Shown: positions 9,041-19,897, counted from the first letter of the stretch. The stretch: 64,000 nucleotides of DNA from an uncultured delta proteobacterium (GCA_963775425.1 CAVZJB010000005.1:576001-640000); one strand, 5' to 3'. Notes: generated by a model from the letters alone, not told the origin. Translations and numbers: made by a program.

Positions 9041-11241
9041 ACGCCCTCGAAGATGCGCGCGGTCTCGGCGATGCGCAACAGCGTGTCCGCCGCACGCGCG
9101 GACATCGCCTGCTCGAACAGCACCATGACGTCGGGGGTCTCGGCCAGGACATCGGCGAGCGCGCCGCCGTCGATGGCGAGCAGCTCGACGTCGCCGATGG
9201 CGCGGACGCTGGCCGAGCGCGTGCCCTTCTTCAGGGCCGCCATCTCACCGAAGAGCTGCCCTTCGCGCAGCTTGTCGATGAAGACGGGAAAGCCGTCCTC
9301 GAGATGGAACACCTCGACCTCCCCGCCCATGACGAAGAACACCGCGCCCGCCTCTTCGCCCTCGTTCACGATCACCTGCTCGTCCTTGTAGCGAAGGATC
9401 TCGCTCTTCACGAGGAGGCGCCGGCGGGCCTCCGGGTTGAGCGCGCAGACGAGCGGATTGCGGGCGAGCAGGAGCTCGGCCACGCGCTCCTTGTAGAACT
9501 CCACGAGCGGCTCGCGGAAGCTGGCGTCGCCCATCAGCAGGCCGTCGAGGCTCTCCCGGTCGAGGCGGAGCAGGACGACGTCGGTGGCCGCCTCGACGGT
9601 CGCGCTGCGCGGGCTTCGCTTGAGGAGCGAGAACTCGCCGAAGAAGTCGCCCTCGGCGAGCGCCGCGACGTAGACGCGGGCGGACAGGGTGGTCGGGTTG
9701 CCCGGATCGTCGACGGCCTTGCAGTACACGAGCACCCGGCCGCGGCCGACGGCGTACAAGCAGTCTCCGGGCTCACCCTCCTCGAGGATCACGCTGCCGG
9801 CCGGCCGTTCTTCGACGACGGCGACGGCGGCGAGGCGCACGAAGTCCGGCAGCGTCACCCGGCCGAACAGCGGCGACGGGGAGCGCACGAGCGTCACGTC
9901 GGTGTGCTCGGCGCCGAGGCCGGCGGGGTCGGCCTCCTGCACGTGGTGGAAGAAGCCGGCCTTGTCGACGACGGAGATGACGTCGTTCAGGGCGTCCCGC
10001 TCGTGGGCCCGGAGGCCGGCGAGCCGCTCGAGGTCGGCGGTGAGCTCCGCCTCGGTCATGAGCGCCCGCATGCTGTGCAGCGCGCAGATGGCGGGGACGG
10101 AGAGCCCGCGGTGGGCGAAGATGGCGGCGGCGGTGCGGGCGGCGCTGAGCGCCTCCAGCGCCTCACCGAGCTCGGCGTGGCGCTCCGCGATGTCGACCAG
10201 CGTCCACAGGTTCTTCTCCTTGCGCAGCTCGAGGTGCAGCCGGCGCAGCTCGCTGTCGTCCGGGAGCGCGACGGTGACCCCGTCCTGCATGTGGGGGGCC
10301 GGGCTCCCGCGCACGCGCGGCTCGTCGGCGACGCCCTTCAGATCGAGCGACTCGAGGAAGCCCGCGAGGCGCTCGGGGTTGCAGGGCTGTGTCTTGAGGA
10401 AGGCGTCGAGGTCGGCGGCCATCTCCGCCGCGCTCGGGTAGCGGTCGCCGAGCTTGCGCGCGAGCGCGCGCAAGGTGATGCGGTCGAGCTCCGGCGGCAC
10501 CGACGAGCGCATCTCGGAGGGCCGGATGATGGGCGCCTCGAGCACGCGCGCCATGGTGTCGACGGGGTTTTCGCCGGCGAACAGGCGGCCGCCGACGAGC
10601 ATCTCCCACAGCACCACGCCGAGCGCCCACACGTCGCTGCGGCCGTCGAGGATCTCGCCGGTGGCCTGCTCCGGCGACATGTACGAGAACTTCCCCTTCA
10701 CCGTGCCGTGCAGCGTGCGCGTGAGCTTGTTGCGGGCGTCGGCGATGCCGAAGTCGCCGATCTTCACGACCCCGCTCCACCCGAGGAAGACGTTTTGTGG
10801 GCTGACGTCGCGGTGCACGATGCCCATGGGGCGGCCGCGCGTGTCCCTCAGCGCGTGCGCGTGCTGCAGGCCCTCCAGGGCCTCGTGCGCGATGTACGCG
10901 GCCGCCGGCGGGGGCAGCCCCTCGCCGCGCGCCTTCTGCGCGCGCAGCACGTCGACGAGGTCGCAGCCCTCCACGTACTCGAGGGCCATGAAGTAGGCGC
11001 CGTCGACCTGGCCGAAGTCGAAGAGGCGAACGATGTTTTCGTGCTCGAGGCCGATGGTGATGCGGGCCTCGTCGATGAACATGCTGACGAACTGGCGGCT
11101 CGTCGAGTAGCGCGGCAGGACGCGCTTGATCACGCACCGGCGCTCGATGCCTCCCTGCCGGGAGCGGGCGAGGAACACCTCGGCCATCCCGCCGACGGCG
11201 AGCAATTGCAGAAGCTCGTAGCGACCGAACGCCGCAGGCAT
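9037..11241 (-). CDS. Hanks-type Ser/Thr protein kinase with two C-terminal cyclic-nucleotide-binding domains
   Basis: [40 protein letters not shown]; [14 protein letters not shown] and [14 protein letters not shown] cassettes; alternative GTG start at 11298. Confidence 0.92.
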   Translation of the reverse strand: MPAAFGRYELLQLLAVGGMAEVFLARSRQGGIERRCVIKRVLPRYSTSRQFVSMFIDEARITIGLEHENIVRLFDFGQVDGAYFMALEYVEGCDLVDVLRAQKARGEGLPPPAAAYIAHEALEGLQHAHALRDTRGRPMGIVHRDVSPQNVFLGWSGVVKIGDFGIADARNKLTRTLHGTVKGKFSYMSPEQATGEILDGRSDVWALGVVLWEMLVGGRLFAGENPVDTMARVLEAPIIRPSEMRSSVPPELDRITLRALARKLGDRYPSAAEMAADLDAFLKTQPCNPERLAGFLESLDLKGVADEPRVRGSPAPHMQDGVTVALPDDSELRRLHLELRKEKNLWTLVDIAERHAELGEALEALSAARTAAAIFAHRGLSVPAICALHSMRALMTEAELTADLERLAGLRAHERDALNDVISVVDKAGFFHHVQEADPAGLGAEHTDVTLVRSPSPLFGRVTLPDFVRLAAVAVVEERPAGSVILEEGEPGDCLYAVGRGRVLVYCKAVDDPGNPTTLSARVYVAALAEGDFFGEFSLLKRSPRSATVEAATDVVLLRLDRESLDGLLMGDASFREPLVEFYKERVAELLLARNPLVCALNPEARRRLLVKSEILRYKDEQVIVNEGEEAGAVFFVMGGEVEVFHLEDGFPVFIDKLREGQLFGEMAALKKGTRSASVRAIGDVELLAIDGGALADVLAETPDVMVLFEQAMSARAADTLLRIAETARIFEGV

Positions 11242-11335
11242 CTCCGGCGCCGACGCCGGCGTGACCTTCCTGGGCCCGGAGAACTCGCTCGTCGACACCG
11301 AAGTGTGCTACCTCTCAAGCGGGCGGAGCGCGCGC

Positions 11336-11935
11336 GTGATCCCGGGGTTCAACCACAACATCAAGCACAAGGGCCGCGTCTACCATATCCAGACCGAAGA
11401 CTCCGGCCCCAAGAACCCCCACATCATCACGCACCTCTTCGTCGGCGGGAATATCCTGGCCTCGAAGAAGACCGAGTACACCGACATCGTCGGCAAGCCG
11501 GACTACGAAAAGACGGTCCGCTCGATGATGGAGGAGCAGCACAAGCAGATGCTGCGCAACCTCGTGAACGGCGTGTACGACCAGATCAGCACCGCCAAGG
11601 CCTACCAGCTCGACGGGCCCGCCCCGATGAACTTCACGGCCACGTCGCCGAACACCAACGCCATGGCCGGCGCCGCCGCGTTCCAGGGGCTCCCGAGCCA
11701 GGCGGTGCCGGCCCCGCTCGACCTCACGCTCCCCGCGGGCGGCATCCCCGTCTCCGGGACGCCGCCCACGGGCAAGCCGGAGCCGGTCCCCGACGAGGTG
11801 GCCGCCGCTGCGGCCGAGGAACAGCCCCGGCAGCTGCCGGCCGGCACCATCTTCGGCGAGGACCTCATCTCGGAGAAGTCGCTCGACGAGGTCATCCTCT
11901 CCTACCTCGCCGAAGACCTCGCAGACTCGGAATAG
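11336..11935 (+). CDS. Conserved hypothetical protein (myxobacterial GFNHNIKH..QTEDSG family)
   Basis: Coding-like codon usage; N-terminal PGFNHNIKHKGRVYHIQTEDSG domain, Pro-rich linker, C-terminal FGEDLISEKSLDEVILSYL; GTG start inferred. Confidence 0.75.
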   Translation: MIPGFNHNIKHKGRVYHIQTEDSGPKNPHIITHLFVGGNILASKKTEYTDIVGKPDYEKTVRSMMEEQHKQMLRNLVNGVYDQISTAKAYQLDGPAPMNFTATSPNTNAMAGAAAFQGLPSQAVPAPLDLTLPAGGIPVSGTPPTGKPEPVPDEVAAAAAEEQPRQLPAGTIFGEDLISEKSLDEVILSYLAEDLADSE

Positions 11936-11948
11936 GGGGCCTCGTCCC

Positions 11949-13010
11949 TCACGGGTTGAGGGCGCTGCCCGCCATGCCGAGGAGCATGAGCACGGTGTCC
12001 TTGTCGAGGTCGGTGCCGAAGGCGGCCTGGGTGTCGTACGGGACGTACTTGCCCGTCGCGTCCTGCACCTCGAGGGTGACCTTGCCCTTGTTGTCCCACA
12101 GGATGTTGAGCTTGGAGTCGAGCGACACCTTGAGGGAGCCGACGTCGAGGAAGTCCTTGCCGTCGAAGTCCTTCACGGCGCCGTCGAGGGACGCCGACAG
12201 GAGCGCGTTCGGGATCTTGTCGTCGCCGATGTCGAGGTCCTTCAGCACCTCGAGGTTCGTGCGCAGCGCGATGGACGCGCCCTTCTTGCGATCGATCTGC
12301 ACGTTGAGGGCGTTGCCCTTCTGCAGGAGCACCTTGAGCGGAAGGGCGGCGGGGAAGTCCACCTTCTCGTCGCCGATGTCCTTGATGAGCGCGAGCGCGT
12401 CCACCGCGGGGACGCCGTCGACCTGCGCGGCGAAGTGGATGTTGTGCAGCCCGGTCTTTCTGATGTCGGCCTCGAGGTTCAGGCGCGCCTTGAAGTTCTT
12501 CGGGTGCCCCTTGCCGTCGACGTCGGGGTGGGCGCTGCCGCCGACCACGTCGAGGATCTTCTTGGTCTCCGAGCGCGTGGACTCGTACTCCACCTGCACC
12601 GACAGCTTGGCGCCGTGCCCGGCGATCTTCGCGCCGTCCGCGCCCTTCTTGGCGGTGCCGGCGACGACGGCGTAGCTGCGCACGTGGCCCCCGAGGAAGC
12701 TCAGCTTGTCGTTGCGCGACAGGACGCCGACGCCGACCTCCTGGGCCCCCTGCTCGGCGAGCGCCTGGAGCGCCTCGATGGGCCCCTTGTGCGGGTCGCC
12801 GGCCACGGCGGCGAACGCCTTCTGGTCGGCGGGGTTCATGGAGCCGTCGAAGAAGTCCGGCGCCGTGTGCGACCGCCCGATGGTCCCCCACGTCTGCGCG
12901 CGCGTGGCGTTGTCGACGCCCCCGAGGTCCTCGCGCAAGGCGTGGGCGGCGCGGCGCTGCGCGGCGAGGGTCTGCGCGAGGTCGGTGGGGACATGGACGT
13001 TGACGGGCAC
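11949..13010 (-). CDS. Hypothetical protein, no signal peptide, beta-rich C-terminal half
   Basis: AGGAG RBS 7 nt before GTG at 13010; typical codon bias and composition. Confidence 0.7.
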   Translation of the reverse strand: MPVNVHVPTDLAQTLAAQRRAAHALREDLGGVDNATRAQTWGTIGRSHTAPDFFDGSMNPADQKAFAAVAGDPHKGPIEALQALAEQGAQEVGVGVLSRNDKLSFLGGHVRSYAVVAGTAKKGADGAKIAGHGAKLSVQVEYESTRSETKKILDVVGGSAHPDVDGKGHPKNFKARLNLEADIRKTGLHNIHFAAQVDGVPAVDALALIKDIGDEKVDFPAALPLKVLLQKGNALNVQIDRKKGASIALRTNLEVLKDLDIGDDKIPNALLSASLDGAVKDFDGKDFLDVGSLKVSLDSKLNILWDNKGKVTLEVQDATGKYVPYDTQAAFGTDLDKDTVLMLLGMAGSALNP

Positions 13011-13112
13011 GAGACGCTCCTGATTTGTGGGTCCAGGTGGCATATCGGCACACAGTTCTAGGTCGACCTGTCGATCCTCGTGATGCTCGTCACAGCGCGT
13101 CGGAGGGTCCGG

Positions 13113-14501
13113 CTACCGGTCGGCGGCGCGCGCCTCGAGCGCGCGCCAGTCGAGCTTGGCGCCGAGGCGCGCGAGCACCGAGTAGACGCCGAAGCGGATG
13201 CGCACGAGGAACAGGAGCTCGCCCGGCAGCCGCATCTTCATGAGCGCCCGCTTGTCGCGCATGACCTCGGCGAGGGTGGCGCGGAAGCCGACCTCCATCG
13301 GCCGCGCGCCGGGCGCCACGACCGGCAGGAAGAACGCGCGCGCGAGCTCGACGGCGACGCCGCGGTCGGGGACCTCGGCGCCGGCGTCGCGGAAGGCGGC
13401 GACGATGCCGTCGTCGTCGCCGTCGCGCACCGCGCGCGACATGCCCGCGACGGCGTGCACGTGGGCGGGGGTGAACGAGCGCACGCAGCCGTAGTCGAGG
13501 AAGACGACGGCGCCATCGTCGTGGAACAGCAGGTTGCCCGGGTGCGGGTCGGCGTTGAAGAAGCCGTGCTCGTAGAAGGTGCCGACGTAGAAGCGATAGA
13601 TGGCGCGGCCGGCCCGGTCGAGCGTGTCCTGCGCCGCGCGCGCGCGAAAGGCGTCGAACGACGCGCCCTCGTGCCAGGTGGTCGTGAGCACGCGCGCGCC
13701 GCAATACGCGCGGTGCACCGCGGGCACGGTGACGTCGTCGTCGCCCGCGTACAGCGCGGCGAAGCGCTCCTGGTGCTCTGCTTCGCTCACGTAGTCGCAC
13801 TCCTCGAGGAGCGTGCTCTCGGCCTCGGCGATGAGCGAGCTGACGTCGCCGCCGAGGAGCCGCGCGAGCTGCTTGCCGACGCTGGCGCCGCGGAAGTCGG
13901 CGCGGATGGCTCGCTCGATGTCGGGGTTTCGCACCTTCACGGCCACCGCCGTGGCGCCGCCGCGCGCGCGCCCGTCGTCGTCGACCCCCGCGGCGCCCTC
14001 GCCGGGGGAAGGGAGCGTGGCCCGGTGCACCTGACCGATCGACGCCGTCGACACCGGCATACGCTCGATCGTGGCGAGCAACGCGTCGGCGCGCGCGGCG
14101 GGGAGGTCTTCGCGGACGACGCGCTCGATCTCGGAAAACGGCGTCGGCTGCGACTGCGACTGCAGGATCGCGAGCTGCTTGCGCACGCCCTCGGGGATGG
14201 GCGCGTCGACGTAGCTCATGATCTGGCCGACCTTCATGGCCACGCCCTTGAGCTCACCCATGGAGAGCACCAGGCGCTCGACGGCCTTGTCGTCGAGCAG
14301 CTCGCCGCCCGTCAGCCGTCGCGCCGCCGCCCCCGCCGCCGCGCGCGCCGCCGTCGTCGCCGTCCGTCGGAATCGCCCGAACGTCGACGTCGGAACCGGT
14401 GCGCCCTCGCGCGCGCGCAGCAGCGACAGCAGGCGCAGCACCGCTGCGTCGTCGCCGCCTGCGTCCTCGTTGTCCTCGTCGTCGCCAGCGTCGTCCGTCA
14501 C
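13113..14501 (-). CDS. AarF/ABC1/UbiB family atypical kinase
   Basis: LKGVAMKVGQIMS, ASIGQVH, VAVKV, EECDY..EA, NADPHPGN, LDYG. Confidence 0.9.
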   Translation of the reverse strand: MTDDAGDDEDNEDAGGDDAAVLRLLSLLRAREGAPVPTSTFGRFRRTATTAARAAAGAAARRLTGGELLDDKAVERLVLSMGELKGVAMKVGQIMSYVDAPIPEGVRKQLAILQSQSQPTPFSEIERVVREDLPAARADALLATIERMPVSTASIGQVHRATLPSPGEGAAGVDDDGRARGGATAVAVKVRNPDIERAIRADFRGASVGKQLARLLGGDVSSLIAEAESTLLEECDYVSEAEHQERFAALYAGDDDVTVPAVHRAYCGARVLTTTWHEGASFDAFRARAAQDTLDRAGRAIYRFYVGTFYEHGFFNADPHPGNLLFHDDGAVVFLDYGCVRSFTPAHVHAVAGMSRAVRDGDDDGIVAAFRDAGAEVPDRGVAVELARAFFLPVVAPGARPMEVGFRATLAEVMRDKRALMKMRLPGELLFLVRIRFGVYSVLARLGAKLDWRALEARAADR

Positions 14502-14573
14502 GGCACGAGAGTGGTCGGCCTCCGCCCTGCAGGCAATGACGTTCGTCGCGGATTCCGATCTTCCGGCGTCGGC

Positions 14574-16052
14574 TCACTTGCCGATGCAGAACTTCGAAAA
14601 CACGCGATCGAGCACGTCGCCGTCGATGTCCCTGCCGAGCAAGCGATCCAGGGCGCGGGCGGCGCGGCGGAGCTCGCTCGCGACCACCTCGCCCGCCGCG
14701 CGCCCCGCGAGCGCGTCGACGCCGGCGCCGAGCGCGTCGTGGCAGGCGCGCACGGCCTCCACCTGGCGTTCGCGCATCAAGAGGGCCTCGTCGTCGTCGT
14801 CGCCGCCGCCGTCGCGCAGGCGGGCCGCGAGCGCTCCCCGCAGCGCCTCGAGGCCGGCGCCCGTCCTGGCCGACACGCGGAGCACCGCGCCGGGCGCGAC
14901 GCCGGCCGGCGCCCGCGCGTGGATGAGCGCAGCGGCCGCGTCTTTTAGGAGGTCGGCCTTGGAGAGCACCACGACGTCGCCGCCGAGGGCGCGCGCGCTG
15001 TCGACGGCGCCGGGCTCGTTCGCGGGCACGAGGGCGACGACGACGTCGGCGCGGGCGCGCTCTCCTTCGGCGCGCTCGATGCCCATGCGCTCGACGTCGC
15101 CGGCGTCCCCGAGCGGGCGCACGCCGGCGACGTCGACGAGCGTGACCGGGATGCCGGCGATCTCGAAGGGCGCCTCGAGCACGTCGCGGGTGGTCCCCGG
15201 CTCGTGATGCACGAGCGCGCGCTCCTCGTCGAGCAGCGCGTTCAACAGCGTGCTCTTGCCCGCGTTGGGCGGCCCGTAGAGCACCACGCGCGCGCCCTCG
15301 CGCAGCCGCCGCCCCGTGCGCGCCCCCGCCAACAACGCCGCCGTGGCCGCGCGCGCTTCGCCGAGCCCGCGGGCGAGGTCTTCGAGCCGCGCGTCGCCGA
15401 GCTCCTCGTCGGGGAAGTCGAGGCGCGCCTCGATCTCGGCGAGCGCGTCGACGAGCGCCTCGCGCACGGGTGCGATGCGCGCCGACAGCCCGCCGCGCAA
15501 CGCGCGCAGCGCCGCGCGCGCAGCGGCCTCGGTCTTGGCGTGCACGACGTCGTCGACGGCCTCGGCGGCCACGAGGTCCATGCGCCCCGAGAGCACCGCG
15601 CGCAGCGTGAGCTCGCCGGGCTCGGCCAGGCGGCAGCCGGCGTCCACCAAAGCGCGCAGCACGGCGCGCACGGTGACCGGCGAGCCGTGCAGCGACAGCT
15701 CGAAGCCCGGCTCGCCGGTGTAGCTCCTGCCCGCGGGGAAGCGGACGCACAGCGCTTCGTCGATCGGCGACGGAAGCGAGCGGCCGCCCTCAGGCCCCGC
15801 CGGGCCCGAAGCGGCGGCAGCGCTGCCGTCGTGCCGCGTGGTCGTGTCGCCGGCGCCCGGCCGCCCGCCCGGGGCGATGACGTCACCGAGCGTGGCCACG
15901 AAGTCGCGCTGGCGGCCGCGCCGGGGACGAAAGACGCGGGCGCACACGGCGTGCGCGTCGGGCCCGCTCACGCGCACCACCGCGATGGCCGCGGGGGCGC
16001 TCGCCGTGGCGAGGGCGCAGACGGTGTCCTTGCGCGCGAGGTCGAAGGTCAC
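14574..16052 (-). CDS. mnmE: tRNA modification GTPase MnmE
   Basis: DTVCALAT, SYTGE, HGS, AEPGELTLRA, IEARLDFPDE, GPPNAGKSTLLN, GTTRD, C-terminal FCIGK. Confidence 0.95.
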   Translation of the reverse strand: MTFDLARKDTVCALATASAPAAIAVVRVSGPDAHAVCARVFRPRRGRQRDFVATLGDVIAPGGRPGAGDTTTRHDGSAAAASGPAGPEGGRSLPSPIDEALCVRFPAGRSYTGEPGFELSLHGSPVTVRAVLRALVDAGCRLAEPGELTLRAVLSGRMDLVAAEAVDDVVHAKTEAAARAALRALRGGLSARIAPVREALVDALAEIEARLDFPDEELGDARLEDLARGLGEARAATAALLAGARTGRRLREGARVVLYGPPNAGKSTLLNALLDEERALVHHEPGTTRDVLEAPFEIAGIPVTLVDVAGVRPLGDAGDVERMGIERAEGERARADVVVALVPANEPGAVDSARALGGDVVVLSKADLLKDAAAALIHARAPAGVAPGAVLRVSARTGAGLEALRGALAARLRDGGGDDDDEALLMRERQVEAVRACHDALGAGVDALAGRAAGEVVASELRRAARALDRLLGRDIDGDVLDRVFSKFCIGK

Positions 16053-16063
16053 CCCCGCTCCGG

Positions 16064-17128
16064 CTACGGCAGCGACGCCGGGAGGAACACGACGGAGGTC
16101 GCGCCGCCGGGCAGCGTGGTGGCCGGGGCGCCGGCGTCGTCGAGGACGTGGGCGTGGGCGTTGGTGTACTCGTCGCCGACGATGAAATAGCCGGCGGCGG
16201 ACGACGCGACCGAGAGCTGCGTGGCCTTGGCCTCGGCGATGCGCTTCTTTTTGCCGGTCTTGCAGCCGGGCTCACAGAGATAGACGGGGCGCGTGCAGTG
16301 GCGCGAGTCGCCCATGACGCCGGAGATGGCGAGCATGTGCTTGTCGCCCACCGGCAGGACGCAGATGTCGTCGGGGCTGCCCAGGAGCTCCTTGAGTCCC
16401 GGCGTCTCGTCGCCGCAGTGGATGGGCCCGGTGCCGAGGCACGTGGACGCATCGAGGAGATCCGCGAGCGCCACCACGCCCGCTCTCTTCGAAGGTCGCT
16501 GGAGCACGTCGACGCCGGGGGTATCGCCGGCCTCGATCTTGGTGGGGACGGCCTGCAGGCGCTCCCACTTGCCCGCGGTCCCGGCGCGACCGGCGGCGCC
16601 GCGGAGCTCGACGAGGATGGCCATGGCCGGCGTGCCCCACGACGGGAACCACTCCGGCGCGTCGTAGCTCTTCCCCTCGAAGCGCACCGAGACCTTCCCG
16701 CCGAGGCTCGCGACGTCGTCGTCCTTCACCGGCACGACGTAGCTCGCGCGCACCGCGCCGCCGGCGTCGATCCACAGGCGCACGAGCGCGGGTGCGGGCA
16801 GCGGACCCATGTCGTGGGCGGCGCCGCCGTGAAGCGGGCGCCACCACAGGTGTCCGCCCTCGGTGGACCAGATGCGCCCGGCGCGGACGTCCCAGAGCAC
16901 CTCGTCGGGGCAGGCCGACGTCGTAGAGAACAGCACGCGGTCGTCGCCGTCGGGCAACGTCCGCACCTTGGCCGTGCAGGTCTTCCCCTCGGGCTCGAGG
17001 AAGAACACGCGCGCCGCCGGCGCCGCGTGCGCCGCCCCCGCCGCCAGCGTCGCCAGCGTCACCGCCAGCGCCGCGGCGCCCCGGAGCGGCGTGCGCGCCG
17101 CAGCACCGGCCGCGCGCTCCGGCACCAT
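16064..17128 (-). CDS. Hypothetical secreted protein
   Basis: 3' part of the artefactually fused 16064-19639 ORF; ATG overlaps the mnmG stop (TGATG); signal peptide ending AAHA-A. Confidence 0.65.
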   Translation of the reverse strand: MVPERAAGAAARTPLRGAAALAVTLATLAAGAAHAAPAARVFFLEPEGKTCTAKVRTLPDGDDRVLFSTTSACPDEVLWDVRAGRIWSTEGGHLWWRPLHGGAAHDMGPLPAPALVRLWIDAGGAVRASYVVPVKDDDVASLGGKVSVRFEGKSYDAPEWFPSWGTPAMAILVELRGAAGRAGTAGKWERLQAVPTKIEAGDTPGVDVLQRPSKRAGVVALADLLDASTCLGTGPIHCGDETPGLKELLGSPDDICVLPVGDKHMLAISGVMGDSRHCTRPVYLCEPGCKTGKKKRIAEAKATQLSVASSAAGYFIVGDEYTNAHAHVLDDAGAPATTLPGGATSVVFLPASLP

Positions 17129-19093
17129 CACGACGCGCTCCGGCGTCGCACCTCGACGGCGAGCAGCCCGAGCGCCGCGGGTGTCACCCCCGAGATGCGC
17201 GACGCCTGCCCGAGCGTTCGTGGGCGCAGGCGCGCGAGCTTCTCGTGCACCTCGTGGCTGATGCCGGGCAGCCGCTCGTTGAACAGCGCGTCCGGCAGCG
17301 TCTCGTCCTCGAGCACGCGATCGCGGACCAGGTCCCTCTGCGCGCGCTCGATGTAGCCGGCGTACTTCACCTCGACCTCCACGCGCGACAGCACGCGCCA
17401 GCGGTCCGCGCCGTCCCCGGCGGCGGACGCGCCGCGCGCCGCCACGAGCTCCGCGGGCTCGCGGTGCGCGCCATCCTCGAGCGCCAGCAGCAGGGCGGGG
17501 CTCACCTCGGGGCGCCGCAGCAACTGCAGCAGCGTGAGCGGCTCGCGCATGGGCGCGCCGCCGGCGGCCGTCAACAAGGCGTTGCGCGCCTCGGTGACGT
17601 CGAGCCGCACCGCGCCCAGGCGCGACAGCTCCGCGGCCACGGCGTCCTCGAACGCGCGCATCCGCGACACGCGCGCGGCGTCCGCGAGGCCGACGCGCGC
17701 GGCGACGTCGAGCAGGCGCGCGGAGGCGTTGTCCTCGCGCAGCAGGAGCCGGTGCTCCGCGCGCGAGGTGAACATGCGGTAGGGCTCGTCGGTGCCCTTG
17801 AGCACGAGGTCGTCGACGAGGACGCCGGCGTAGGCCTGGTCCCGCCGCAGCACCACGGCGCTGTTGCCCGAGGGATCGTCGAGGGAGCGCGCGGCGTTGA
17901 TGCCGGCGAGCAGCCCTTGCACCGCGGCCTCCTCGTAGCCCGTGGTGCCGTTGAGCTGCCCCGCGCAATACAGGCCGGCGATGTCCTTGGTCTCGAGGGA
18001 GTGCGCGAGCTGCGTGGGCTCGACGTAGTCGTACTCGACCGCGTAGCCCCAACGCGTGACCTCGACCTCCTCGAGGCCCGGCAGCGTGCGCAGGAACGAG
18101 ATTCTGGACGCCCGGCGGCAGCGACGTCGACAGGCCGTTTGGATAGACCTCGAACGTGTCGAGGCCGTGCGGCTCGAGGAACACGAGGTGCGAGTCCTTC
18201 TCGGAGAAGCGCACCACCTTGTCCTCGACGGACGGGCAGTAGCGCGGCCCGCGCCCGCCGATCTGGCCGTTGAACAGCGGCGCCGCCCCCTCCGCCACCG
18301 CCGCGCGAATCACCTCGTGCGTGCGCGCGGTGGTCCGCGTGAGGCGGCACGACACCTGGGGCAGCGGCGGCGGACCGCTGTCGAAGGAGAAGCGCGGCGC
18401 GGGCGCGTCCGGCGTCTGCTCGGGGAGCGCCTCCATGCGGATGGTGCGCGCGTCGAGGCGCGGGCAGGTGCCGGTCTTCAGGCGCCCGAGCGACAGGCCG
18501 TGGGCCTGCAGCGAGGCCGACAGCCCCGCCGCCGGCGCCTCGCCTGCGCGGCCCCCGGGGCTGGTGTCGGCGCCGCGGTGCAGCAGGCCCCCGAGGAACG
18601 TCCCCGTCGTGAGGATCACGCGTCGCGCGCGGAGCAGCTCGCCGCTCCGCGTGCGCACGCCGGCCACGCGTGCGCGGCCGCCGTCGTCTTCGACGACGAG
18701 CTCGACGACGTCGTCCTGGCGCAGGCGCAGGCCCGCCGTGGTGACGACGACGCGGCGCATGGCGGCGGCGTAGCGGTCCATGTCGCTCTGGCAACGCGTG
18801 GCGCGCACGGCGGGGCCGCGTGACTCGTTGAGCGTGCGGGAGTGGATGCCGGTGTCGTCGGCGACGCGCGCCATCTCGCCGCCGAGCACGTCGAGCTCCT
18901 TGACGAGGTGCCCCTTGCCGACGCCGCCGATCGCGGGGTTGCACGACATGGCGGCGATGCGATCGAGGGAGCCCGTGACGAGCACGGTGTCCTTGCCGAG
19001 GCGCGCGCACGCGAGCGCCGCCTCGCAGCCTGCGTGGCCACCGCCCACGATCAGGACGTCGGCCTCGCGACTTCCGATAAAGCCCCTCGTCAT
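17128..19093 (-). CDS. mnmG: tRNA uridine-5-carboxymethylaminomethyl synthesis enzyme MnmG (GidA), with a +1 frameshift at about 18102
   Basis: IVGGGHAGCEAA, MSCNPAIGG, RLKTGT, GPRYCPSVEDK, YPNGLSTSLP in one frame; GYAVEYDY, AGQLNGTTGYEEAA, EPYRMFTSRAEHRL, GQASRISGVTPA in another; deleting one base gives VQISFLRTLPGLE. Confidence 0.93.
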
Positions 19094-19159
19094 GCGAGTG
19101 TTGTTGCGCAGGTGACGCGACTCGCCAACGGGAATGTGGGGCATATCTTGTCGCAGCTC

Positions 19160-19897
19160 ATGAGCCGAACCGTTCTCCCTCCCGCACGCATTCCGTCGCG
19201 CCGCGCGGTCGGGGCGCGCGCCTGCTTCCGGTCGGCTCTCGTCGCCGTCGCCGTCGCCGCCGCGGCCGTCGCCTTCGGCGCCGCGCCCGCGCACGCACAG
19301 TTCCGGAACCAGGGCGTGTTCCTGCCGGCCGGCGGCTACTTCATGCTCGGAACGTGGGACCGCATCCTCCACGGGGGGAGCCCCGCGGCGCAGAACCTCC
19401 AGATACCCGACGCCGCGCCGCAGTCGGGTTGGAACCTCAACGACGAGCCGCAGATCGGCGCCGGCTACTTCCACGCCATCGGCTACGACCTGTGGTGGGA
19501 CTTCACGGCCTGCATCGGCTTCTGGAACACCGTCATCGACCTCGGCGCCACCAACACGCCGGTCATCACGGTGCTGTCGTCGGGCGGCCTGCGCTACAAC
19601 TTCCTCGAGGAGCGCGTGCGGCCGTTCGTCGCCGTCCACCTCGACTACCTCCAGGTGATCGCCTTCCCCGACGCCGGCGCCACCGCGCCCGTCCCCGGCA
19701 ACGGCTTCCTCGGCAACACGCCGTTCTTCATCGGCGTGCGGCCCGCGGGCGGCGTCGAGTGGATCTTCGGTGACGAGATAGGCGCCATGATCGAAGCGGG
19801 GCCGGACCTGTTCCTCGTGCCGGACAAGGACCGCGGCCTCGGCGGCCTCTTCCTGCCCGCCGCCGTCGTCCGCGGCGCCGTCACCATCTACTTCTAG
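19160..19897 (+). CDS. Outer-membrane beta-barrel protein (hypothetical)
   Basis: Signal peptide AHA-QF, GLRYNFLEERVRPFV, amphipathic strands, C-terminal TIYF. Confidence 0.7.
   Translation: MSRTVLPPARIPSRRAVGARACFRSALVAVAVAAAAVAFGAAPAHAQFRNQGVFLPAGGYFMLGTWDRILHGGSPAAQNLQIPDAAPQSGWNLNDEPQIGAGYFHAIGYDLWWDFTACIGFWNTVIDLGATNTPVITVLSSGGLRYNFLEERVRPFVAVHLDYLQVIAFPDAGATAPVPGNGFLGNTPFFIGVRPAGGVEWIFGDEIGAMIEAGPDLFLVPDKDRGLGGLFLPAAVVRGAVTIYF

Noticed and set aside
18095-18110. Programmed ribosomal frameshift in mnmG
   Set aside because: No slippery heptamer or stimulatory element is visible; the shared context with the second frameshift favours a sequencing error.
16064-19639. 1191-aa ORF suggesting MnmG fused to a secreted domain
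   Set aside because: Artefact of the +1 frameshift at ~18102: the middle is out-of-frame Arg/Gly-rich text and the true MnmG C-terminus is in another frame ending at 17128.
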